DNA from: Marsupella aquatica
Lineage: Eukaryota > Plantae > Marchantiophyta
Reading direction: 5' to 3'
Assembly (NCBI GenBank): GCA_973895155.1
Contig: OZ316896.1
Coordinates: forward strand, 13,372,549 to 13,436,548
Length of the DNA stretch: 64,000 bases
The notes beneath the pieces were generated by a model. It saw only the letters and a program-made list of their open reading frames with translations. It was not told where the DNA came from and did not search any database. The stretch's first letter is position 1. Each line of letters opens with the position of its first letter. A program made the position numbers and the translations under genes. This document shows positions 49,170-62,005 of this stretch, piece by piece.

Positions 49170-52069
49170 CCAATTAGTTTGCACTATAGAGCTTTTAAGC
49201 ATATTGTCACTAAAGATGTTTGAATTTATAATACTATCATTATTTTTTATTTTTTTACAAAAATACCACTTTTCTGTATATAGTTCCTCTAATTATCTTG
49301 GTAAACTTGTTATCCATATACAAAACAATGATATTTTTATAAATACAAAAAAAACAGTGAGAGTATTATGAATTAGAACATTTTTAGTGGTAAAGTAATC
49401 AAAAATTGTTGCACTATATGCATGGTCATTGATGAATTTAGCAAGTTTGACAAAGGATTGCCTTTTGGGGAGCCCCACTGGGACGCACTGGGTTTAAACC
49501 TGCCCTCACAGCCTATCAGAAGTTGCTTCCCATGCGCCAAAACTACAATGCTTGGGCACCCCTGCAATTTGGGTTTTCACATTTTTGCCAAAATCAAGGG
49601 AGGGTGCCAATGCTGCATCTCAATCCTCGTGAACCACCTTGCTGCATCTCGGAATGGCAGCAGGCACCGTGCGCATTGCTTGCTCAAGCTTAGGTAGTGG
49701 CACAGGTGGGGCTCATCCAAGGGTGCCCTCCACCACCCTAAATGTGGCCACTATCTGAACAAGTCACCCACCCCTTTACCAGGTGAGAGTATGGTGAACG
49801 ATGGATATACTCTAACCCAGTTCTAGGGACAATGTTGCGACTGTAAAGAACAAGGTGATTGGGTGATCTAAACATAATATATCCTGCATGCCACTGATCC
49901 AAACAGCTATGTCTCCAACTCCTGGGAGGTATTTGCTTAATAGATCCCCAAATTTTATTTTATTTTAACTGTTATTTGCCTGGACTCTATTGAGGATATT
50001 GATATCAGGGATCACCTGTGGATCCATCAAATAATAATTTTCATTTTGGGGGTCTAGCAAGCACAAATTGTCAACTCCCAATAAAAAAATGTTAAACAGA
50101 GTGTTCTAAACAGGACGGCTCCCGTCTGGTGGTACTCCAAATAGGTAGGCAAGGGGGGCTTGGGGTTGGGTTTGTTAACGTTATTCATCGAACATCACTA
50201 CTTCCGATGTAAGAACCAGTCGTAAATTGTCCCCGGCACGTGTCAGGCAGGGTATGGAATATCGTTGACTGGGATTCAAGTTTAAATCTTGTTCAGTGTT
50301 GACGTCATCCTTCTTTAGGAGTACTATTTTTTAATTGTATTTTAGTGTCCGTTACATTGGTTCCCCAGTGTCTCACGGTCTCTCTTTCGCCTGGCTCCAC
50401 ATATATAAGGCAAAGATTCCCATGGATAAAATACTCGCATGTACCTACCAGTAGGTTTCTGGGGGTGTGCATTTTATTTCTTTTGATTTTGGTGTTTGCT
50501 CTCTCTTTGGCTTTTATTCTTTATACATTGCTTGCCCCCTTTCCTGTGGCTCCTTTTCTCCTCAAAACATCTACAGGACCACTAATGTCCAATAGTTTGG
50601 TTGGTCTTTAGATTTTGGTGTTTGTCCAACACTGGACCGCTTTTGCTTTTATTACTTTGTACATTATTTGGCAGTTTTTCCCTTACAAAAATGCAGTACT
50701 AATGTCTAATAGTTTGGTTCCCTTACTTCCATGAATTTTTCAATTATTTTTTACGACGGGAGAGAAAACTGCCCAAGAGTGAAATGTTTAATAGTTGTGT
50801 ACCTTGCTTTGATGAATTACAATTTAATGTTTTCTAATGTTGGAAGCTTTGTTAGTCACCAACAACTAATGCACCAGCAAGTGCAAGATGAAATTAAAAC
50901 AACACAAGAAAGTTAAGAAACTAGTAAAAGTCAACCCAAAAAATCAACACCCATCTTGTATGGCCAAAGAGACTCAAAAAAGCATAAGGAATAGAATACC
51001 TAGCAAAAGAATATGTTTATCTTTTGGGACAGAAAGTGAAAGCTCTCCCAAGAGGGTATGCAGTGCATTTGGCTTTGTTCCGTGTGGAAAAGTCCTTTCA
51101 ATTTGCATTGGAAAAGAGGATTAGAAACCAACTAACAACTATCCTACAGGTCTGTTCAAACGAGTAAGATAGGAAAGAAAGAAAAGAAAAGAAAAAAAAA
51201 GGAGAGCATGATAAAACCTTGCTTCAAGGAACACAAGAAGAAGGCCCTAGCCCCAATGACCAGTACGAGTTTAAGAGATAATTGACTGAGTGCATTTGGG
51301 AATTATTGACTCAACGGAGTAAAGTCAATTGTGGTAGGATTCTATCCGAAGGTAGGGTAGCCCAAAATATTGTAGATATTGTAATCAGATTCTTGGAAAT
51401 ACACAGCAAAAGTGTCCTGGGATGGTACAAATTATAACAGGAGCATGGGTGCAGCAGCTGACACTACAATCGAGGTGGAGGTAGATAGGAAGATCCTTGG
51501 TGGGACTAATGCGCTCTTTGGCCACTGGCCCAATATATATCTACTACATCCAAAAGCTACAATAAGGGTCTAGTACTAATAGGTGTAGAACTGAAAATGG
51601 ACACAAAGGTACTCATCAATCATCTACTGTAGTTACAAGCAAAGTTCAGGCTAGTAGATTAAAACATAACTGAAGCACTTCATCCAATGGAGGAAACTCT
51701 GTTCATTTTGGCGTGTGACGAAACAATAAAAAAAATCCTTGCACTAGCAAAATTTTATTCAAGTGAACCCTGTTTTTCTATATCCAACTGCCTCGCTAAC
51801 AACAAACCTGGTATGTAGCATCCATTACTCCTCTTTTGGCTAGCAATTTCAAGTATAAAAAACACTAAAAATCTATAAGGCAGGAAAAATCAAAAGAAAA
51901 CTATACCACTAGTGACTCCTAACAACAGGGTCCTCCCTATCAAAATTCATCTTTGCTCAGGATGTAATACCTCAGGATCTGGTATAATCTATCTACTCTA
52001 AATCCAATCTTGGGCTCACAAACTTTGTTGAAAATACTGCCTAGCTTTGCACCGCTATCGCAAAAGCAA

Positions 52070-52945
52070 CAAAGTCCATCCTTGGATGGACCACCACATT
52101 TGACCTAGGGACTGAAGGACCATGCAACCTTTTGACACCCAAAAATGTGAGCATTCATTCATTCAAAACAAAGTTACTAGCCTGACATAGGTTACAATAC
52201 AGCTAAAGTATTGGGATAATCTCTCAAGACAAATACAATCTTGGACACAATCATAAACTTTATTGAAAAAATGACGTTGCTGTGCATCACAATGTATGAA
52301 TTGTTCAAAGGCAACAAGGTTCCTGCTTGGATGGACCACCACATTTGACATAGGGACCCCAGGAACCAACAACCTTTTGACACCCAAAAATGTGAGCGTC
52401 CATTGAAAGGAAAGTCTTTGCCATGCTATAAATTTAGCTAAAGCACTAGAATGAAGGGTACTCTGATAGTCTCTCAAGACAAAATAAAATCTTGAACACA
52501 TAGACTTTGTTGAAAACATGACGTTGCTTTACATCACAAAGGGAACTAATTGTTAAGGCAGAAGAAACAAAGTTTATGTTTAGATGGACCACCACATTTG
52601 ACTTAGAGGGATTCAACCATGCAGCCTTTTGATAGGCAAAACTGTGAGCATTTTTACAAAGGAAAGTCACTGGCCTGGTATGGGTTAAAATACTGCTAAC
52701 GGGGTTCACTAAATGTAGGGTTAGGGAACTGGGATAATCGCTCAAGACAAAAAACAGTCTTGGACATAGAAACTTTGATGAAAATATGACGTTTCTTTAC
52801 ATCACCAAAAGAATAATTTGTTCAGTGGCAAATCCTTAAAAAGTTTATTCTTGGATGGACCACAACATTTGACCTAAGGATCCCGATTGAGACACGCAAC
52901 ATTTTCACACCAAAAATGTGAGCATTCATACAAAGGAAAGGTACT
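52070..52945. repeat. About 250-270-bp diverged tandem repeat, about 3.5 copies
   Basis: ttggatggaccaccacatttgac...ttttgacacccaaaaatgtgagc recurs at about 52081, 52327, 52581 and 52850. Confidence 0.85.
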
Positions 52946-55900
52946 ATCTGAATAAAAACTATTATATAATATTCTGAGATGGCCCTTTCCAGTTCTTTCT
53001 CAAATGTGGTCCATGGGTTCATCTATTTCCAAATTCTGCACCAAAGAAACCCAGGAGGTTATTGAGAAGTGTCATCATAACAAAACCTACTGTCTCCCCC
53101 AAAACGCAGTGGCATGGAGTTGTGATCAAAAATGAAAATTTTCAGGTACGGTGAAAAAATGTCATTTGACCTCAAATGCAACGTCTATTTAGCACAACAC
53201 CCGTGCATTGTGTTTGCGCTGAAAGCTATGTTCAAGTTCTGGCCCTAACCTGTTCTACTTTGAGCGACAATAGATACAAAAGTCATGAATCATATGATAA
53301 TCTCAATATTCAAGCACAACACCTGGGATTGTGTCCCGCCTATAACTCCTCTTGTAAACAAATGACTGAGGAGTTTAGGCAGGATTGTATATTGTAGTGC
53401 CTGGTTATAGGTCACACATGGCAGTTTCTGTTATGCACAGATTTTGCTGAGGCTCGGAGTTGGTTTCATGCTGGGCTATACCTTGTTGATTTCTTCTGCT
53501 TCCAAGTGGCTTATTTCCCTTTGGGGTTGACAGGTCTCTACTTAAGTTGCTGTTGTCAGTTTTTTGCTTTCAAGGTTAATTGTTGGAATGGTATGCCCTC
53601 TTTGGCTGTTGGCCTTGTGTTATAAAGCTTCTGGCCTTTTCCAACATTAAAGAGATTAATCAACAAACCCTCTCTTGCATGCGCAACCAGCCTCAAGATT
53701 GAATATATGGGGAAAACCCCAGGGAAAACCCTCCATATCTAGAAACAATGAGAGAAGTAAAAATTACCCAGAGGATAAAAGAAAACACAAACGTTTGCAT
53801 CCACACGGTCAGATAGGACCAAGGTACACAACCCTGAATGTGTTTGTCCAACGCAAGAAGATAAACAAACTAAGGCCTACTAAACTAAAGAACCATAAGA
53901 AAGAATTCACCCAATTTAAAATCGTTGATTTTCCTGTGAAGACCTGTACCCAAATGGCTAAGAGCAGCTCCAGCAGTATTTGCTTTTGAGCCTACAACTG
54001 CTACTTTTTGTAGTTTATGTACAGGTTCTCTCAAGCTACCAAGTTCCCCAATGGCTCCTACATCCAATAATTTGTGACAATCCAGAAAAAGGAACACTCA
54101 CTCGTCATCCTTGTGTGTAGGGAAAGAGCTTTCACTCCACCACAGATGCGGAGCTATGAACCTTCTGACTCTAAGGTTGTCAAAACTAACATAGAGAATT
54201 GAGCTTTTAAGGGATAACTCATTTCATCCAAAAGACATATTTCTCACAAGCATTCCTTTCTAACATACTCCTCTTTGTCGTGAAATGTGGTGACGTGACA
54301 TAAACACAATGTCAATATGCGGCCAAACCATCAAAACCATCAAATTCAGAAACCAAAAAATGTTGCAATTGTAGGAACAATAAAATGGCATGTACATAGT
54401 GGAGTTGAAATCTTTGTGTAAAAGTGCATCATAGAAATTAGTGTATTGAAGTAAAAGCATGAAATGAAAGTTACTGGAAGAATAAAAAAAACCAGCTGGA
54501 GCATCTGAGGAATCCATGTCTTAACTTAGTGTACCTAATGACGAGCTGTGTCTGAATTACTCTGACTGCCTTGACAAATATTCAAGAAAACTAAGTAATA
54601 AGAGGGAAAACCCTACCTAAGTAATTGGTAAAGCAAGAGGTGTCCCTAATAAATGTCCTTGCTTGAAGAGAATCCAACAAAAGCCCAACAAAAGCTCAGA
54701 GTCAAATATAGCCCTAACTAGGGCAAATGGAACACAAATCACAAGCTGACAAAAACACAATGGGCCCAAAGACCTGGCGGTCATGAAGGGATATGGCGAG
54801 TGGAACTAACGGCCATGTACCTATGCACTACATCTCTACTCTTTTCCCCTCCTATGCAATATGCTTATGTGCCTCTGCAAAGTTACTCAATAATGAAGGG
54901 TCTTTTTATTGGGGCACTCATTTCCGGGGATTTAGGCTAGAGATTTGAAGAAGAGCGCCCCAAATGATCAAGGAAAACCTAACATACGATACTTTCCAGG
55001 GATATTGAGGCCATCATTCTTTTCAAAGACATAAAAATTTAGTTCAGGCCTAAAAGAGAAAACCTTGGAAATTACCTGTTGAGTGCCCCAAATGATCAAC
55101 GGAAAACCTTACATGCCATCTAGGGGGCGAGTGCTACCAATGATCAAAGAAAACCTTACATAAAGTACCTTCTCGGTACATTGAGGGACTCCCACTCCGG
55201 ATCCATCACCAATGACTGGAACCAGGCATTTATTTGCTTATGTGGGGGTGATGTCAGCGGCATATATCGCATTTTAGGAGTTAGTATTCCTGACTTCGCA
55301 AAGAACGTATATGTACCTGCGTACCTTAACTAGTTTCGCACTGTTCTTTTTATTGTATGAGCATAAAGGATCAACTCAGGTTGCTGTTTTGTCCTTTAGG
55401 ACCAATGGATTTAAGGGATGTACGATACTTTGTATTCGATCCCCTCTTTAATTATTCCATTACCAATAAGCATTATTTACGAGGATGGATGATTGTATTG
55501 AAGTCGCATGCACAAAATCTGTCAATGTAGATGTACACAACTCATTATACAGCATGTGTACTGATACGTAAATATAACACTTACTTCAGTTAACTTACCA
55601 TAGCCAACGAGATTGACTGATTGAGGACATATTTAATGTAATATTTTTGGAACGCGCTTCTTCATTTAATTCACTCCACGTTTCAGTTCATACACGTGTA
55701 CAGAAGGTTATGCTTGTGTATAGGACTGTACTGTACATTGCGACATCACCTTGCAAGGTAATGATTATTATATTTGTTTGGTTTCTCGTTAGGGGTTTAA
55801 GGTTTTGACACTAGGACAAAGCCCATCAGTCCAGTACTACTATTACTTAGTGATTATTTACAGGACTCCTGGGAGTCACAGCCTAAGATTGCAAACAAGA

Positions 55901-56882
55901 TTCTGCAAAGTAAGCTGTGAAACAGACATAATTTTTATGAATACATAATTTGTTGTGATATATAATGTTTTTAGGAGAATGGGCATAAAATGGCAATGGA
56001 GCGACATAGGATAGAACGTCCTTCAGAAAGTGGCTTCTCCTCATAGATGAATGCTTGGCCTAGGAGTCTGGTTGATTTGTTTATGTTTGGAGAAATAGGA
56101 ACAAAGCTGCACTTATTAAATAACACATTTACATGCAAGGGAGTCTGGGTATGAAGAGGTGGGGGGGGGGGGGATGTTTGTCTCCAAGGAGTTTTGGTGC
56201 TGAACAGGAGCATTTCTTACCCTAGGCAGTGTATGACAAGTGAGATGTCTTGATCTACTTAGCTAAGAATGGGCTGGCCAGCTGCTCCCAAGTGTCTTCC
56301 ATCAAAAACTACAACTCACAAAACTTGGTTTCTATTTGAACACACTGTTCTCATATTAGAGAGCCCATGCCTTGTGTTTGAGTAAGGTGCCATGTTCCAA
56401 TAATGGCCAACTCCAAAACTCATGTTCCAATGAGAAAGGCTAGGCGTCTTATTTTAATACACTGTTCATTCCTTAAATAGAAAACCCCATCGTTTGCTCA
56501 AATAAAACGGGAAATAAAATTATTGCTAAAACTTAAACATGGGGTTCAAGGTACACCATTTGAATGGAGCATGGCAATAGTTGGACCTCAAGTCAGTTCA
56601 CTGCACTAACAAAAATAAATCAGCTGCATGGTGTGAGACATGTCCCAATTTAAGTGCCATGACATTACCAGGACAGAGACAAATGAACCAGAGCACCCCA
56701 GGGGAGAATGAAGCTTACCCTTGCAGGACTCTTGGCAGCATGGACAACAAGTGAGTGACCCCTCAAGGATGTACTCCTCCAGTTCCATGGTTATCCAAGC
56801 GCATTGAAATCAGAGGTGATCAACAGTGGAGATGGACATGGCTGGAAAATGTAGGCCCACTCATATAAAAAAGCACCACCAG

Positions 56883-57009
56883 TGCCCAGAGAGACATGAC
56901 TTTGTGGTAGTTCACTTAAGTAGCGACCAATAGGTTTTGGGTTCAACTATTGTGGCTGACTCTTCCCTTTCTGTGGGGTTTCACAGATTTCCCTTTAAAA
57001 AATAAAATT
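56883..57009 (+). mobile_element. tRNA-derived SINE family A, copy 3, with TSD
   Basis: Homologous to the 13125 and 14611 copies. Flanked by AAAAAAGCACCACCAG (56867-56882) and AAAAAATGCACCACCAG (57010-57026). Confidence 0.75.
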
Positions 57010-59098
57010 AAAAAATGCACCACCAGCAAGCTTATGCTATGGTGGGACTCTTCCTGGAAACATGATTCTCTCACCACTCTTGTGGACTAGCTCATCCCTC
57101 ACATTCATGCATGCAGTTCTTTCAATCTGTTGTTGTCTCTTTTGTTATTCTAAAAGTTCAACCTGAGCTGTGGTACATTTTGGAAGAAAGATGTTTTCAT
57201 TACTTGTAGAGAAAGCATCTATCTCACAAAGGCATCGTAAATATCAGGGTTGCTTCCAATCATGTAAGGTTGCACCCAAGAATAAGTTGCAGGCCCTCAA
57301 ATGTGCACTTTTCACATTTGACTTTCACGCTTGGCAGTGGGAGTCACTAAATTTTCAATCAAGACAAAAGTGTTTAAATGGATCGCCACAAGGGTTTGTA
57401 AGAAACATAGTGATACTCTGTTAGCATTTTTTAAGAGCAACAAGAAAAGTTGACTAAAGTGCTGCCCCCTCCCCTTGACCAAAAACCAACCCCAGAAAAT
57501 CAATCTTCTTCAAAATTATGTTGGCACGCATGAAACATAATGTCTCGGGGGCCTTGCTCCAAGGGGGGTTGCACATCATGCGCAAAGTTCTGGGGAAATA
57601 AACACACTAAAACTTAAGTAAATAAATGCTTTAAGTGATTTTATTACCCCTTACTTTTTGGAATATTCATATTTGGTTTAAAAAATACTATCATTATTAG
57701 AAGTCTCAAACTGGATTAAAACACCCCTAATGTTCTTCCACAGAAATTTAAAAGTCTTTTATTAAATCCAATAAATAGAAGGAATTCACTGAAGGTGTTG
57801 GCTGTTGGGAAATGATCATTTTCCCCTCTCACCTGGTTGTACATTAGAAGCTTTAGTCAATTGAAGCTGTATGCCAATAGAGATTCATTGTTTGGTGGGT
57901 TCTTCCAGAGAATTTTGTAGAAGTTTTACTTGGCAATCAAGTTTCTTTGCAGATTTAATGTTTTCTGTGATAACTTCAACTCAAGCAAGCACTACAAGTG
58001 ATGAAAGCGGAGCAGGAGCTTCAACACGTCAAGTTGGTGGTGTAGGAGCTGCTAGGAATGATAATGTGAACACTCACCTCCTCCTCATAGTGTAGCCGGT
58101 GAGGAAGAGTTTTAAACAAAAGCAGATTCCAATCTTGTGAAAATTGAATCATGGTCTTCCTCAGTTGAGTCTATCAATTCCCTTAAAATAGGTCTGGAGG
58201 TTCTGCAAAAATTTCCCCTCTCCCTGTAATCGTTCCCTATTTGTGTGCAGTTCCCCTCTCCCAACGTCCTCTTTCCGTGCCCTTTGTGTTCTGGTTCACC
58301 GTTAGCTGTTGGCCGTCCGCCGTTGCACTTGTTACTTCGGATGTGTCAGGTTAAGGTTCAGTTAGAACAAACTTCAAGTTCATCCTCAAATACACATGAG
58401 AGCCCTCTCAAAGGCTGATGGAACACTGCCCTTAGGTGAGGGAGAGATCGCCACCCCTGATGAAAGATGGTTCCATAAAGTTCGCCAGTCTCCTTATTAC
58501 ACCACTCTTGAATGATGGTTCCATAACTCTCGCAGGTCTCCTTATTACACACCTGTTGAAAGACGTTGCATCAGGTTAGCAAGTCCTCCTTTCATTACCG
58601 AAAAGAATGGACTGTAGTACCTTGGCCAATTCCTTAAAAAATCTGCTGAGAAGTCTTTTCCTCACGTGTGCAAGCGTCATGTAGAGCATGTCCATTTGTC
58701 TCCATTTGTCCTTTCCAGGTCTTATGTCTCGTCCATAGTCCATAAGTCCTCTCAATGCAAATAGTGATTACTGAGAGAGTTTGAGTTGCATCATGAAAGA
58801 GCATCTTATTAATTGAAAAACAAAATCATGAAAGAGGTGGTCCGTGCATAGGGCAAGTGATCTTGTTGACCTACTCTACTGCTGTCGTTTCCAATCACAA
58901 TAACAGAATGAAGGGGTCAGTAAAGATGAGGTGCTGTCGTTGAACACTTGTAAATTAATGGGTCCGAGTGGATGTTAATGGGCCCAATTACACTCATTAA
59001 TGTTTAGGCCTTTAAGAAAATCTGGGAAAACCTGAATGATGAGTTTTGATGCTACTGCTAGCTAGGCTTAGACTCACTCGTGACAAGACAATGTGGGG

Positions 59099-59191
59099 AC
59101 CCTTATATGTGCCCCCCAATGAGGGTGTAACCCGGGAATGGTGTATAAACCATGGGAAATGAGAGGATCTATGTGGGGCACATATAAGGGT
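59099..59191. mobile_element. Tiny MITE-like element with 17-bp perfect inverted repeats
   Basis: ACCCTTATATGTGCCCC (59099-59115) and GGGGCACATATAAGGGT (59175-59191). No clear TSD. Confidence 0.45.
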
Positions 59192-60229
59192 GTGTCAAAG
59201 CATTACCATTAAGTAAAATATTATGGCTGTGATTGTTTTGGAAGTCTGATACTTATGAGCACATAAGAAAGCCTGCAAGTTTTTGTCTCAACCAGAAAAT
59301 CTCTTATGTTCTTGACCTTACCCCACTTGCAGCCCTCTTTTGACACTCCCTATTGTCCCTACTTTCATTGTGCTGCCTTTCTCTATTCTCATCTTGAGAT
59401 CATTTTTCTTGTGGGGCCTTTGGGTCAGGAAAAACAAGTCCTGTAAAGGGAAAACTGCCTACGAGCGATATATCTGATCGTAATTCATTCTATCCAGAGA
59501 AAGGGTGGGAGTGGAGTGCAGAATTGATACCTGGCTAGCAATCAGCTTATGAACTAGAGGTTTTATGCATACTGTAATTATTACTCTGATGCGATACATA
59601 TCCAAGTTGACAAGGTACGTTCGTGTAGGATACTTACAATCCGAAGTAATAAATTAATGAAGCGAGAACAATTACTAATTGGTCTACTTCGTCATAAACC
59701 TCCTTCATAAATGGCAATTCTTCAATTTTGCCGGTGGTAATGAGTTAAAGCTTTGAAGAAAAAGGCTGGAATTAAAGTACTGGTGAATGGCACACCCAAG
59801 TACCCAACGTGTGATATTGTAATTTACATCCGGGTCATCTTTTGACGCATTACTGGAGACCTTTCCCGCGTTATTTTCGCCCCACAAACATGTTTTTATG
59901 TGCCTAGGTTTACACCTGCCATTACTCGATCGAGGTACACTCTAGTGCAGCAGGTCTCCCAAATTCAGGAGGCTCAACTTATACTGTTCGGACTTGATGC
60001 TTTTACTTGCTTTTACTTCAGGTTCCATACCTGTACACTTTGGCTACTGTCGATATTTGCAATGATTATAGCCTCATTTGTATCTTTCCTTCAATGATAT
60101 ATTTATATACATTTGTGTCGTTCCTCAATGATTCATTTCTCCAGTGAGCCTGTTGCAATCTGAGTGTAATTGCAGATTCTTAGATCCGCTATGATTGGAA
60201 ATTCAAGTATCATAGTCCTTTAAGTTTTG

Positions 60230-60523
60230 TCTTGAATGGAAATGGGGAGTAAATACAATTAGACTCTCCCCACCCCAATGTGACATTTTTTCTATAGGGA
60301 ACCTAGACCAGGGTGAGCCCCAATGGATCCAACAGGACATGCACCAGGAAAGAGAGAGGATTAAATCAAGTCCACAAAGTCGGCAACCAAGGGCCAAATA
60401 GATAATCAGAACTCCAATTCACTACCCACAAAACCCATCCCACCCACACACATATACAAGGGAGGATTGAACTTGGGATCTCCCAATCCCAGGTAAATCC
60501 CCTAGCCAATTGACCTAAGCCAC
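60230..60523 (-). mobile_element. tRNA-derived SINE family B, about 294 bp, with a 23-bp TSD
   Basis: Perfect direct repeat GTATCATAGTCCTTTAAGTTTTG at 60207-60229 and 60524-60546. The minus-strand head GTGGCTTAGGTCAATTGGCTAGGG...CCCAAGTTCAATCC has A- and B-box-like motifs. Confidence 0.8.
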
Positions 60524-61721
60524 GTATCATAGTCCTTTAAGTTTTGAGTCTACAATTTAACCAACTTCCATAAGATGTCTGCCATTTTTGACCTTCCAAG
60601 TCAGCCTTCAGAGAGAAACTTCACAAACAAGTGAAACATTTTTCACCTTCCAAAGTCTAGAGCCATTGAAACTCCCCGAGGCCAAATCCTTTTACACAAA
60701 CCCCACCCAAACTCAAAGCAGGGTTCAGAGAAAGCTCTTTGCACTTGGTAGAAAACTGGTAATCACTCAGCATTCACAGGGCAGACAATCTTAATGCCAT
60801 AAATGCATTTCAAGGGACTCACCTTGCTCAATTAACATAGACGTCAAGCTTTCCAGTCTGAGAACATTGCCAGTGAGGAATGTATCACTGTGGCATGCAA
60901 CTTCTTCTTCGGTTCTCCAGAATCTCCACTCTGTTCATTCCCCTATTAACATATTAGAAGCCCATGTGTATTGTGCACCAGCGATTTCGTACAGGGCTAG
61001 AATCCGTCATCACGTGCGTCGTTCACCGACTCACCGAGCTCCATGGTCCAATTTGATAAGGATCAAAGTGGGTACCAAGACGGTAGAGTGAATCATTCGG
61101 ACCTACAGTATGCTGCAGATGCCTCACAAGCCGGGGTGAGCATCTGGTTACCCCGATTCCATGGGGGATGGGAGATTGTCCCTTCACAGTTCACACAAAG
61201 ACTCATTCCTGGCTTAGAAATAAGAATGACTCGAGAAGCAAGGCAATCTCAGTTGGTGGGCCAAGTTTACCTTTGCGGGCATGACGGGAGAGGAAAGAGC
61301 TATGAGTGTGTCGAGGATAGACGATTCGGTTCAAGACAGGCCCCCACCCAATCCCAGTCCGATCCTCTTAGTTGGTAGCGGTGGTGAATCTGATGCATGC
61401 TCATGCCCATTGGAAGCTTGAATAGTGCTTGCAGATCTGTTTTGTGTCTCCCGAGGCATTAGTGCCACTGTGTATCCATAGCCACGAGTAATAAAAGGCC
61501 ATTCCACGAAAAGATTAGGCTCTACAGTAGCTTTTGTATTATTAAGGGTGCTATTTTATAAGAGTGCAGGTGGGAGTGCCAGCTTGAGTGTTTGTGGCTA
61601 AACATGGGAATCTAGAAGTCTAGAACCACAAAAAGTAAACAGTCTAGCCACATGGCCACGGTAAGGTATGGACCCATGGTAGTGTTAACGAACAGTCACG
61701 TGCGTTTCAAAGATTGGTTCA

Positions 61722-62005
61722 AATGGAACCACAACCTTGTTGATACAAATATATGATTGCTTTTCATATTCTCTGCCAAAAGAAGGGGCTTACATTAATG
61801 TTTCACAGTTATATCAAACATGGAACCAGAACCTTGTTGATACAAATATATGATTGCTTTTCATATTCTCTGCCAAAAGGAGGGGCTTAAATTAATGTTT
61901 CACAATATCAAATATGGAACCCGAACTTAGTTGACATAAATATATGATTTCTTTTCATCTTCTCTGCCAAAAGGAGGGGCGTACATTAATGTTTCACACT
62001 ATCAC
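61722..62005. repeat. About 97-bp tandem repeat, 3 copies
   Basis: atggaacc..aaccttgttgatacaaatatatgattgcttttcatattctctgccaaaag.aggggct..attaatgtttcaca occurs three times. Confidence 0.9.

Noticed and set aside
51170-54800. Several A-rich-tailed segments resembling LINE 3' ends
   Set aside because: Too degenerate to delimit, and no coding remnant was recognised.
57870-58800. Exon-like minus-strand fragments with a 48-bp duplication
   Set aside because: In-frame stops and no recognisable family; cannot be supported as a gene.
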